A stretch of 63,211 nt of DNA from a virus (Duplodnaviria > Caudoviricetes), in the IMG/VR virus record IMGVR_UViG_3300027740_000122, positions 1-63,211 of that record; one strand, written 5' to 3'. Positions 19,244-29,000 of the stretch are shown piece after piece. The notes under the pieces are model-generated. The model made no database searches, was not told the DNA's origin, and worked only from the letters and a program-made list of their open reading frames with translations. The position numbers were made by a program, and so were the translations under genes. How positions within the stretch are numbered: position 1 is the first letter of the stretch; every line of letters begins with the position of its first letter.

Positions 19244-20461
19244 ATGAAAGGTACACAAGGAATACCAGCATTGCAGTTAGAGACACTGAATAAACTTATC
19301 TCGAAATTGGATAAGGTGCCGTCTAACTTTTTTTCTAACTTGTTTGCATCTGTACCGTATCCTTCGGATACAATTAAATGGGAAACTGAATACACTTCTG
19401 GCGGGATGACCCCGTTTGTTGCTCCTGGTTCCATTGCCCCGACTATCGGGATTGATGGAATTGGTCAGTGTGAAGCGCGGGCAGCTTACTGGAAAGAAAA
19501 AATGTTTTTTGATGAAGAATTTTTAAACAATCTTCGTCAACCTGGTACTACTGCAACTTATGATACTGCTGAAAGAAAACTTGCTAAAGGTGCTAAAAAA
19601 CTTCAGTATCGTTGTCAACGTCGTAGGGAATGGATGCTTGCATCTATGATTGTAAATGGGTCGATTAGTTACAATATTAACGGCGGGGCAAAATTCACTG
19701 TTAGTTATGGTGTTCCTTCTACACACCAAGTAACCCTTGATCCTACTACAAGAAACTGGGTTACAGGAACATCTCGTAATCCTGTTGAAGATATTTTTGA
19801 TGGCAAAACTGTTCTTTCTACTGATGCAGGAGTTCAACCTGATTATTGTATATTGAATAGTGAACTTTTGAAAGTCCTCATTCTGGATTCTAAAATTCAG
19901 GCTCTTCTTGAAAAATCGTCTTTCGGTAATGGTGATCTTTTCTCTAATCCAGGTCCTGTTCTTGCTGCTCTTCTTGGTGTTGGTAAATTGACTGTTTATG
20001 ATGAACTTTATGAAGTTCAGGGTTGGTTGACTACTACTCCTGGTAGCACAACTATTTATCTTGATGATACTACTGATTTTGAAGTAGGTGGTACAGCAAG
20101 ATTTATCAACACTGTTACTTACAATACTTGGGAAGATGAAACAATTACGGCTGTTGATCCTGTAGCAGGGACTATTACTGTTCTTGCTCAACCTTCCGCT
20201 ACGTTTGTTGGCGGGCGTGATAAAGTTGTTATGAGGAAGAAATTCATTGACGATGATACTTTCCTTATGTTGGCAACTAATGTTGGTGGGGATGCAGTTG
20301 CAGAATTTATGGAAGCTCCTTATGGTCTTGATCGTAGGTGGGGTTTCTTTGCTGATACAAAAGATGAATGGGACCCGGAAGGTATGTGGCTTCGTGTTCA
20401 GGATAAAGGTCTTCCGGTCTTTTATCATCCTGATGCAACTTACAAATTACATTGTCGGTAA
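19244..20461 (+). CDS. major capsid protein (lambda E-like)
   Basis: GMTPFVAPG, RRREWM, NPVEDI, EWDPEG.WLRV..KGLPV. Confidence 0.9.
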   Translation: MKGTQGIPALQLETLNKLISKLDKVPSNFFSNLFASVPYPSDTIKWETEYTSGGMTPFVAPGSIAPTIGIDGIGQCEARAAYWKEKMFFDEEFLNNLRQPGTTATYDTAERKLAKGAKKLQYRCQRRREWMLASMIVNGSISYNINGGAKFTVSYGVPSTHQVTLDPTTRNWVTGTSRNPVEDIFDGKTVLSTDAGVQPDYCILNSELLKVLILDSKIQALLEKSSFGNGDLFSNPGPVLAALLGVGKLTVYDELYEVQGWLTTTPGSTTIYLDDTTDFEVGGTARFINTVTYNTWEDETITAVDPVAGTITVLAQPSATFVGGRDKVVMRKKFIDDDTFLMLATNVGGDAVAEFMEAPYGLDRRWGFFADTKDEWDPEGMWLRVQDKGLPVFYHPDATYKLHCR

Positions 20462-20481
20462 TAAGTAATACTAACTACTAC

Positions 20482-20513
20482 ATATAAGGGGTAGTTAATT
20501 CTACCCCTTATAT
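20482..20513 (+). terminator. stem-loop after the capsid gene
   Basis: ATATAAGGGGTAG-ttaatt-CTACCCCTTATAT, 13-bp stem, weak U-tract. Confidence 0.6.
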
Positions 20514-20530
20514 AGCAAAGGAGGTTTATT

Positions 20531-20692
20531 GTGTCTAACTACTGTAAAAGAGAAGCAATAAACCGTTTGCAAGAGGCTGTAGCAACAATGCAGGCTCAAG
20601 TGTTAGTTTTGCAGACGGCAGTTGCTAATTTGAAGATATATGTACCAAACAGTCCTTCAACTTCACCGAGTTCTTCGCCAAGTGCATCCTAA
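20531..20692 (+). CDS. 53-aa coiled-coil protein with a C-terminal SP tag (not in the ORF track)
   Basis: AAGGAGG RBS, GTG start; MSNYCKREAINRLQEAVATMQAQVLVLQTAVANLKIYVPNSPSTSPSSSPSAS. Confidence 0.75.
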   Translation: MSNYCKREAINRLQEAVATMQAQVLVLQTAVANLKIYVPNSPSTSPSSSPSAS

Positions 20693-20704
20693 AGGGGGTT
20701 TATC

Positions 20705-21022
20705 ATGGCTGATTATACCATAAGAGAAGCCCTTAATAGGTTACAGGATGACTGTGATGTTTTAGCTGCTGCACTTGCAGTTTTGGAAGTGCAAGTTGCT
20801 CATATGAACTTGTATTCACCACATAGTCCTTCACCTTCTACTAGTCCTTCTACTTCACCAAGTTCAAGTCCTTCGACTAGTGCAAGTTCTTCACCAAGTT
20901 CAAGTCCTTCACCAAGTACAAGTGAATCTAGTAGCCCTAGTTCTTCACCAAGTACAAGTGAAAGTTCAAGCCCTTCAACTTCACCAAGTACTAGTGCAAG
21001 TTCAAGCCCTTCAACTTCTTAA
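20705..21022 (+). CDS. coiled-coil protein with a long C-terminal SP tract; paralogue of 20531..20692
   Basis: REALNRLQ heptads plus about 65 S/P/T residues. Confidence 0.75.
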   Translation: MADYTIREALNRLQDDCDVLAAALAVLEVQVAHMNLYSPHSPSPSTSPSTSPSSSPSTSASSSPSSSPSPSTSESSSPSSSPSTSESSSPSTSPSTSASSSPSTS

Positions 21023-21056
21023 TTTAACACCATAATCTCTAAGGAGAAAGAACACA

Positions 21057-21284
21057 ATGAAAGTACAAGTAAAGGTAAATTTAAAACTTGAAAACAGTAG
21101 CATTATTGATGCTGGAACGATTTATGATGACTCAAAAGAACCGTTTCCAACTCATGTTGTAAATAATCTGGATAATATCAAGATAATCAAAAAACTTTCA
21201 GTAAATGCTCCTGTTGAAGCAAAACCTGTTAAAGAAGCAAAAGAAGATAAAGCTGTCCCGAAATTAATTAAAAAAGCAAAATAA
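21057..21284 (+). CDS. small head-associated hypothetical protein
   Basis: AAGGAG RBS; position after the capsid gene. Confidence 0.6.
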   Translation: MKVQVKVNLKLENSSIIDAGTIYDDSKEPFPTHVVNNLDNIKIIKKLSVNAPVEAKPVKEAKEDKAVPKLIKKAK

Positions 21285-21295
21285 TCGAGGATGTT

Positions 21296-21748
21296 ATGGC
21301 CACACTTACTGAAATAATTGTTGCCGTTGGGGTGTTACTTTCAACATCTTCTACTATTCTATCCAGTGATGGATATGAATCTGCTGTTGATTCTGCTATA
21401 TCCGAGTTGGGTTGGACTCTTCCTGAAACTGATCCAACTCGGGTGTGGTGGATTACTAAACGGGCTTTACGTCATTCTTGTTTTATTTTGTGGGTGGCTT
21501 CAGCACAAAAATTTAAGTATAATCAAATAAATTTGCAAATGAGGTTTGATCATTATAAAAGTTTGATTGAACAGATGGATAAAGAATTTGAAGATGCGAT
21601 GGCTGTTAATCCTGGATTATTTGGAGGGGTTGATTCTTATAAATTTTTTGGAACTGTAATTAATGCAGGATTTCGTTATGATTATCTTGGAAGAGACATA
21701 ACACATGATGATTTGCTTTCTTATATTAATGTAGGTGAAATTTTATGA
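21296..21748 (+). CDS. putative head-tail adaptor
   Basis: Size, helical character and synteny. Confidence 0.55.
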   Translation: MATLTEIIVAVGVLLSTSSTILSSDGYESAVDSAISELGWTLPETDPTRVWWITKRALRHSCFILWVASAQKFKYNQINLQMRFDHYKSLIEQMDKEFEDAMAVNPGLFGGVDSYKFFGTVINAGFRYDYLGRDITHDDLLSYINVGEIL

Positions 21749-22449
21749 GTGAAGATTTAGGACCAGACATTGCAGAAGTGATCAATGAATTAGGATCGAC
21801 TTTTACGATATTAAGGTCACCTACAAATTTAACTGAAATGATCATTAACACTATGCGAGAAATGGTTAGAGAACCTTCTTTTCAAGAACGTCATTTTGAT
21901 GCAACTCTTATATGGAATACTGTTGTTATTCCTGGAGATATATTACAATCGAACAATGAAACATTTATTGTAATGAATAAAACCGCAGATACTTTTGAAG
22001 ATTATATAGTTAAATATAATTCCATATTTTTTAAATGCAATATTGAAGATGTAAGAATATTAATACCTGCAGATGAACAAAATGCATCTTTTGAAGTTAC
22101 AAATAAATGGACAGTGAGAAAAGACCCTGTTTACGGTTTACTCATTAATAATTTAAGATCAGCAATTATGAACAATGAAGGATATACAGGAAAAGAACCT
22201 ACATTTAAATTACAATGCTTTGTACCTGCTTCTTATGGTACAGAAAGATTTGATCGTCTTTATATTTCTGCTACTGATTATTATAGAGTAGAAAGCATTG
22301 AAAAATATGAATTTCCAGGTATTCATGTTCTTTATCTTGTTGAAGATGATAGAGTGGAAGGTGTTATTTCTTCTCCTTCATCTAGTCCGAGTTCTAGTCC
22401 GTCTCATTCACCGAGTACGAGCCCAAGTTCATCACCGAGTGCATCATGA
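21745..22449 (+). CDS. putative head-closure protein with a C-terminal SP tag
   Basis: Two beta-barrel-like halves (PGDIL, FDRLYI...YYRVESI); ends SSPSSSPSSSPSHSPSTSPSSSPSAS. Confidence 0.6.
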   Translation: MSEDLGPDIAEVINELGSTFTILRSPTNLTEMIINTMREMVREPSFQERHFDATLIWNTVVIPGDILQSNNETFIVMNKTADTFEDYIVKYNSIFFKCNIEDVRILIPADEQNASFEVTNKWTVRKDPVYGLLINNLRSAIMNNEGYTGKEPTFKLQCFVPASYGTERFDRLYISATDYYRVESIEKYEFPGIHVLYLVEDDRVEGVISSPSSSPSSSPSHSPSTSPSSSPSAS

Positions 22450-22658
22450 GCCAGATATTTGTAAATTGTATTCATTGTGGGAAGAGATTAATTGAGAAAC
22501 AAGAAGATGGGAAATGGTATTTTGCATTTGGCAAACATAATGAAGAAGGTTCAATACCAGTTGAAATTTATGCAATGGGGGCAATAAAAATAAAATGTCT
22601 TAGAAAATCCTGTCATAAGTGGAATGTGTTTAACAATTTTAATATAGAGGACATATAA
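22446..22658 (+). CDS. Mu Com-like zinc-ribbon protein
   Basis: CIHCGKRL...IKIKCLRKSCHKWN. Confidence 0.55.
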   Translation: MSQIFVNCIHCGKRLIEKQEDGKWYFAFGKHNEEGSIPVEIYAMGAIKIKCLRKSCHKWNVFNNFNIEDI

Positions 22659-22659
22659 A

Positions 22660-22719
22660 ATGGGATGTTCTGGTAAAGGATCTAAAAAAGGAACTAAAAA
22701 AGGTGGAAAAGGAAAGTAA
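22660..22719 (+). CDS. 19-aa Lys/Gly-rich peptide
   Basis: MGCSGKGSKKGTKKGGKGK fills the gap exactly; GAGG RBS. Confidence 0.45.
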   Translation: MGCSGKGSKKGTKKGGKGK

Positions 22720-23274
22720 ATGTTATTTTGGAACTTTCGACAATTTCAAACTGATTTGAATAATTTTTGTGAAAAGGAAGTTCCTACTGAATTTAAATGT
22801 AGACAAATTGAGATTATCATATTTTTATTTAATGCCATTAGAAGTAGATGCCCTGTAGCACCAGATAATTCTCAATGGGAGGGATTTAAAGGAGGTTTTG
22901 CTTTAACAAATTGGAGAGTATCAATGAATACTCCCCCAAGTGATACAGTAGGACAATATGGTAATCCGACAAGATTACGAACAACTGAAGAAATAAGAGG
23001 TCAACTTTCGACATTAAAACAAGGAACAAAGTCAGGACAAGGATTATTTGATATTATTTGGGTTTTTAATAATGTTCATTATATCCCATTTATTGAAAAC
23101 GGTTGTAGTATGCAGTATCCGTGGCCGATGGTGGGGCTTGCTCTTGATGAAACAAGAGCTTATATAGCAAGAAAAGGTTGGGATTATTCTCAAGTTGAAA
23201 AAGAAACAAGAAGCACTATGTTTAGATTTGGTTATTCAGCAAAACAAATAAGTTCTATTTTTAATAGAAGGTAA
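22720..23274 (+). CDS. neck/tail completion protein (HK97 gp10-like)
   Basis: CPV....G...NWRVS, IWVFNNVHYI.FIENG.S.Q.P..MV. Confidence 0.65.
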   Translation: MLFWNFRQFQTDLNNFCEKEVPTEFKCRQIEIIIFLFNAIRSRCPVAPDNSQWEGFKGGFALTNWRVSMNTPPSDTVGQYGNPTRLRTTEEIRGQLSTLKQGTKSGQGLFDIIWVFNNVHYIPFIENGCSMQYPWPMVGLALDETRAYIARKGWDYSQVEKETRSTMFRFGYSAKQISSIFNRR

Positions 23275-23279
23275 ATAAA

Positions 23280-23705
23280 ATGGCAGACGGAGATAACAAA
23301 AGAATTTTTAAGGAACTTCGTACTCGCTATACAGGAGGGTGGTCTCCCCCTACAACTGAATACCCAAACGAAAAGTTTGTAAAACCAGGAACTGATAGTA
23401 AAACACCTGCGATAATATGGGCAAGATTTTTAGTGGTAATTGCATCAGAAAGAGCGATGGATATAGGTGATTCAGTAAAAACATTTCGTGTTATTGGTCA
23501 ATTAGTAGTTCAATTATTTGCCCCTCTAGGATCAGGGACAATGGAAATTCGAGGTAAAGCAGATGATCTTGCAGTAGTATTTAGAAATTGGTGTGGAGAA
23601 ACTGTGAGATGTAGAGAAGCAACAATTAATGATATAGGAGACGACCGAAATGGTTGGTATCAAATTAACGTAACAATATCATTCCAAAGTGATTCATTAC
23701 ATTAA
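23280..23705 (+). CDS. tail terminator protein
   Basis: YPNEKF..P, WAR, G.LVVQLFAP.GSG, GWYQINV; precedes the tube gene. Confidence 0.7.
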   Translation: MADGDNKRIFKELRTRYTGGWSPPTTEYPNEKFVKPGTDSKTPAIIWARFLVVIASERAMDIGDSVKTFRVIGQLVVQLFAPLGSGTMEIRGKADDLAVVFRNWCGETVRCREATINDIGDDRNGWYQINVTISFQSDSLH

Positions 23706-23723
23706 AAAGAAAGGAGAAAGATT

Positions 23724-25103
23724 ATGAGCCCAACGACCGGATATGCTGCTGCCATAGATTCTGACGACCTGATATTGTCGTATATTGCAGAAGCAGTTTG
23801 GGGGATTACCCCAGACACACCAGTATTTCAAAACATCAGACTTGAAGGAGAGGGGTTTACAGGAAGTAAAGATAGAACTCGTCCAAATGAAATTGATCCT
23901 TCTGGTCAAGCATCGGCGGCTATTACTACAAAAGAATCTTCTGTTGGTTCTGTAAACTTTTCAGTATCAGCTGGGCTTGCAACAAATGTATTGCTTGCAG
24001 CTTCTTTAGGTGGGGAATTTACTGCTCCTGTATTTCATTCAGGAAGCGATTTTGCAGTAACAGTTGCATATCCTGAGCAACATGCTCTTGTTTTAACTTG
24101 TACTTCTGGTGCATTTACTACTGTAAATCATCTTTACATTGGACAATTTGTTAAATTGTATTCTGCAGGTTCTGCTGTAAACTGTGGAATAGGTAGACTT
24201 CTTGCTGTTCATGCTGACAGTCTTACAATTGATTGTTTCTCAGGAACACCGACAGTAGCAAATGCAGGTGCAATGGGAGCATGTACGATCAAAGGCTCTA
24301 TGTGTCGCAATGGTGTAGTTGTAAATTCTTTTACAGTACAGAAGAAATTTGAGGCAGCATTGTTACTTCGTTATGCCGGGGCATTTCCAACAGGAGGTTC
24401 TCTTGATGTTGGAGTTGGTGATTATCTTAAAGGCACAATGGCATTTATCAATAAAGCACAAGAAGCAGCTACTACAGAAATTGCTGGGGCTACTTATACC
24501 GCGGCACCTACAAGAACAGTTATTGATTCTGTAAATGGTATTGGTCCTGTATGGCGTGGTGTAAATACAGGAACAACTCCTGGTGTTCCTGGATTAGTTG
24601 ATGCTATTGTTCAGAAACTTGGAATTAAATGGAATAAAGAAGGAGCGGCAGGACAGTATGGTATAGGTTCTGCAAATGCTCAAGGGATTCGTAAAGGCAA
24701 AATGCTTGTGACAGGCACAATGTCCACATTCTTTAAAAATTTTATTCTTTACAATCAGTTCGCAAATGAGCAAAAAGGACCTATCAGTTTCTATGCAATT
24801 GATGGACTCCCTGCTGCGGCTGATACAGAAGGATATATGATTACTTTCTGTAATGCTTCTATCATGAATCCAAAAGTTGTTGCAGGGGGTTCAGGACAAG
24901 ATGTGTTAGCAGAATTTGATGTTGAAGGTAATCCTGATGTTTCTTCCACACAGATTTTTGGTGGAAAGACAATTCAGATAGATTTCTTTGGTGCTGATGG
25001 TACGAACTCTTCGGCTTCTGCTTCACCAAGTTCTTCGGCATCTACTTCAACTTCACCGTCACATTCACCGAGTTCTAGTCCGAGTGTGTCACCTAGTTCG
25101 TAA
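23724..25103 (+). CDS. major tail tube protein with an inserted domain and a C-terminal SP tag
   Basis: YIAE..WG.TP..P, EI...G, SFTVQK, VTGTMSTFF; ends SSASASPSS...SPSVSPSS. Confidence 0.8.
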   Translation: MSPTTGYAAAIDSDDLILSYIAEAVWGITPDTPVFQNIRLEGEGFTGSKDRTRPNEIDPSGQASAAITTKESSVGSVNFSVSAGLATNVLLAASLGGEFTAPVFHSGSDFAVTVAYPEQHALVLTCTSGAFTTVNHLYIGQFVKLYSAGSAVNCGIGRLLAVHADSLTIDCFSGTPTVANAGAMGACTIKGSMCRNGVVVNSFTVQKKFEAALLLRYAGAFPTGGSLDVGVGDYLKGTMAFINKAQEAATTEIAGATYTAAPTRTVIDSVNGIGPVWRGVNTGTTPGVPGLVDAIVQKLGIKWNKEGAAGQYGIGSANAQGIRKGKMLVTGTMSTFFKNFILYNQFANEQKGPISFYAIDGLPAAADTEGYMITFCNASIMNPKVVAGGSGQDVLAEFDVEGNPDVSSTQIFGGKTIQIDFFGADGTNSSASASPSSSASTSTSPSHSPSSSPSVSPSS

Positions 25104-25137
25104 GTTGAACTCTCATATCAATGAGATAGTGGTTGAG

Positions 25138-25178
25138 TCATACATGAGAGGTTTGACGTATAGACCTCTCATGTATGA
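25138..25178 (+). terminator. long stem-loop after the tail tube gene
   Basis: TCATACATGAGAGGT / ACCTCTCATGTATGA, perfect 15-bp stem, no clear U-tract. Confidence 0.55.
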
Positions 25179-25233
25179 GTTGTAAAAATCAGTAAATAGT
25201 CAATGACTAAATAATCTCTAAAGGAGAAAACAA

Positions 25234-25698
25234 ATGGAAGAAAACACTGTAAAAAAGAATCCTTACGCCAAATATCATGTTGATGAAAATGCAGTGAAAG
25301 TAGGAGTAATTTACCAGGACGAAGATAACAGAGTTCGGGTAACTTATGCAGGAGAAGAAAATTCTCGTTATACTAAGATGCTTAAACTTAAACTAAAACC
25401 TCTTGAAACTCGTATCAGAAATGATAACCTTCCTGATAAAGAATTTTATCGACTTCTTGCTGAAGTTTATGCAGCTACAGTAGTTCTTGGTTGGGAAGTA
25501 AATGTAGGTACTGAAGAAAAACCATTTTGGCAAGAAGGTGTGTTTGATGTAGAAGGAACTGTTATTCAAGCAAATGAGTTTGCTATTATTCAGGCATTTA
25601 CTCTTGGAGAAAGATTGTTTCAAGATGTTATAAAAGTAGCCACAAATTTCAATTTATTTCGTCAGTGTCAGAAAGAGGAAGATGGAAAAAACTTATAA
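25234..25698 (+). CDS. tail assembly chaperone (G)
   Basis: Between tube and tape measure; VVLGWE motif. Confidence 0.75.
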   Translation: MEENTVKKNPYAKYHVDENAVKVGVIYQDEDNRVRVTYAGEENSRYTKMLKLKLKPLETRIRNDNLPDKEFYRLLAEVYAATVVLGWEVNVGTEEKPFWQEGVFDVEGTVIQANEFAIIQAFTLGERLFQDVIKVATNFNLFRQCQKEEDGKNL

Positions 25699-26054
25699 GC
25701 TACCTCAAGTGGAATTTAACATGGGGTGGCGATCCTGATAGATTAAAGATGTTAGAAGAGTTGGCGAGAAATGCGGAGACTGAAGAAGATATACCATTTA
25801 GTATCCGCACTCGCCCTATTTTAAATCAATTTCAAAAAGAATATTGGGGAGCATATTTAACACTTACAGGTAGTAGACAATTTACAGCATCAGGTATAGC
25901 AGAAATACCTTACAGAGAAAAAATTGCATGGTTAAATGAAAATGAAATATATGATCAGGATGAACGGAATGATTATATACAATTAATAACTCTTCTTGAT
26001 AATGCTTATTTAGAGTATTATTACGAAAAAAATAAAGCATCGACGGGGAAATAA
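25665..26054 (+). CDS. tail assembly chaperone frameshift extension (T part of GT)
   Basis: -1 frame overlap, no good RBS; SRQ...G...IP..E...W...LD.AYL pattern. Confidence 0.7.
   Translation: MSERGRWKKLISYLKWNLTWGGDPDRLKMLEELARNAETEEDIPFSIRTRPILNQFQKEYWGAYLTLTGSRQFTASGIAEIPYREKIAWLNENEIYDQDERNDYIQLITLLDNAYLEYYYEKNKASTGK
25686..25692 (+). other. programmed -1 frameshift slippery site A-AAA-AAC
   Basis: GGA AAA AAC TTA TAA at the end of G; the downstream ORF is in the -1 frame. Confidence 0.75.
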
Positions 26055-26055
26055 A

Positions 26056-29000
26056 ATGTCCGAAACTATCATGAGAGCGGGATTAGATGGTTCAGGGTAT
26101 GCTGAAGGTGCTAGAGTTATTACCAAAGCCAATCTTGATATAGAACAAAGCATTAACAGAACTAATCTTGCAATGGGTGGTTTTCATAGAGGTTCTGTTA
26201 CTGGATTTGGCGCTGCAAAAACCGCTCTTAATGAATTACAAACTCCTTTCCAAAGAACAAAAGAAATAATGGAACAAGTAGAAAGTCGTATTATACGAAT
26301 TGGTGCTACTGTGGCAGTTTTTCGTATATTAGGTGCGGCTGTTCAATTAGTTACTGGGTTTTTTATAGAAGGAATTAAGGCTGTATCTGATTATCAAACC
26401 CAAATTGTTGCTATATCTGCAAGTTTAACTCAAATTGCAGTATTTAATAATAAGGATAAAGACAAGCCTCTTGTTTCAATGTATGCAGAAAGTTCCAGAT
26501 ATGCTGGTATTTTAGCAAATAAAATGAGAGAAGTTGATATAAATTCTATGGCTAATTATCAACAGATAATGGAAATGTTGCAGGTTTATATTTCTACTAA
26601 TAAGGTTCTTGATGTAAATAATAAATTACAGATGGAAGGATTTACTGCTCTTGCAAATGCCATTCCTATGTTGACTACAGGACAAAGTGTAGCAAAACAA
26701 ATGGCAACTGAAATGAGATCATTTGCTACGGCTGAACCCGTTCGAGGAGCTACAATCGCTAGAATGGTAGACACTATGGCAAAAGCACAAGGGCTTGCAG
26801 GGGGTCTTAGAGATATTAAAAAAGCGGCTGATGCTGCTGGAATAAGTATTCTTGAAATGACAGCTAAGATGGGGTACTTTAAAGGATTTACGGCAGCATT
26901 ACCTGACATACAAAAATTATTTGAAACCGCAAGAACGTCTTTACAAACTGCTATTTTTAATATTCAAAAATCTGCATTTACCCTTATCATAACTGACCTT
27001 ACAGCTATCATGCAATCAGCAATTAAAGCACTTAATACAAATTCCAATGAAATTGCGGAAACTATGAAAAATGTTTGGGGCAAAGTTCGGGATACATTTT
27101 TTGATGTAAAAACTAGTATTGATGGTACAGGAAAATCAATAAGAGAAATAACATTAAAACCAGAAATAATTGAAAATTTTAAAGCATTAGGTGATGTGTT
27201 AAGACAGATTATTGATACTTTAGGATTAGCTACTTCATTTATTATTAAACATATTGATCTTATTATAATTCTTGGTAAAGCATATTTCGCACATAAAGTT
27301 TTAGTTTCTGCCACGAATGTTATATTAAAAGCTTCTGAAATGATTAAAAGTACTTCAATTGCATCAACAAAAACACAAGCAATGGTGGATTATGAATTAG
27401 TTGCTGCTGAAAAAGCTTTATTATCTGCTGAAGGTGCAAGAATTACTGCTACATTGACAGGAATTGAAGCACAACAATTAAAAAATAAAACAATGATTGA
27501 AAATAATATTTTGGTTATTGCTGCTGCAAAAGCAGAGGCTCAATTAACATCATATAGACTTGCTGCAAATGCAAGTCTTGTGGGTGGATTAACAACTAAA
27601 TTAGGTGGGGCAGATGCTAAATTAATAAAAACTGAAGGGAATGTAGGTGCTCAAAGAGCAATTAGAATTGCTGCTATAAAGGATCAAGAAATACTTAATA
27701 GTCTTTTGGCACAACAAATAGGATTACAAACAAAAGCAACGGCAGCACAACAAGCGTATGCTGCGGCATTATTAAAATCACAAGTTCCGGGTGCTATTGT
27801 TGCGGCAGAAAGATATAATACAGCTTTATTAGCAGTGGGGAAAACCACGGGATTTGTTACTACGGAAACATTAATAAATGGTAGAGCATTATATTATAAT
27901 GCTGTGGCAAATGATGTTTGTAAAGGGTCTCATCTTGCAAATGTGGTAATAAATAGAGCCCATTCAGAAGCATTGGTGATAAATTCTGCAATGATAGCCG
28001 CAAACACACAATTAACTGGACTTGCAGCTGTTAAAATGTGGGCAATGTCTGCGGCTACTACTGCCGCTACTTTAGCAACTAAAGCATTTAATGGGGTTAT
28101 TGCATTATGTGGGGGTCCTATAGGGGCTGCTATAGTTGCTATTGGGAGTTTAATTTGGGCATTAAAATCACTATATGATTTACAGGATAAAAGAAAAAAA
28201 TCTTTTGAAGATATAGCTAATTTAGGAGAAATGGAAAAAAATATCAAAGCTGAAAAAATAGTAATTGAGGAATATAAAAAAGGATTATTAGAAAAAGAAC
28301 GTAGTGTCATGACTTCTGAAGGGGTTATACAATCTAAAATTGAAGAATTTGATAGTAAAAGAGAGCAAAGATTAAAAGATTTTATGGCAAAACAGGAGGA
28401 GTATAATAAAGCAGTTAAAACACCATCTGCATATTGGAGAGATACGGAAACAGGATTAACTAAAGTAAATGTTCTTTATGCAGAATTAAATAGATTAGCT
28501 AAAGATGCTTCTCCTGAGGCAAGAAATGCGGCAATAAAAAGATTTGCAGCAGAAGAAAAACTTGCATCTTTAAATAAAGCACCTATAGATATGTCTACTC
28601 CTACTGGATCAGGTGCAGGAGGGGGTGCCCTTGCAGCATATAGAGGTTATAGAGATGCAGTAAACGCTTTAATTGACGCTCAGAATAAAGCCAGTATTGC
28701 AAAGATAAAAGATCAAGCTAAATTAGAGGAAGACGCTCTCAACGCAGGCTACGCTCAACACCTTATGTCAGAGAGAGAATATATTGATAAGAAATATGAT
28801 ATTCAAAATAAAGCTAATAATGCCGAACTTGCAGAGATTAAAGGCAGATTAGCAAAAGCAGATAAAGATATAGCAGATGCACAAGGTAAATTAGGCACAA
28901 GTGCAGGTAAAAATGATCTTGCTATTCAACGAGGGAATATAAAACTACAATCTGATTTGGTTAAAATGCAGAAAGAAAGAGTAAATATTGTAAAAGAATT

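Noticed and set aside
19523-20428. 301-aa antisense ORF over the capsid gene and similar antisense ORFs over terL, tape measure, SSB and polA
   Set aside because: They overlap well-supported genes on the other strand and have no recognisable motifs.
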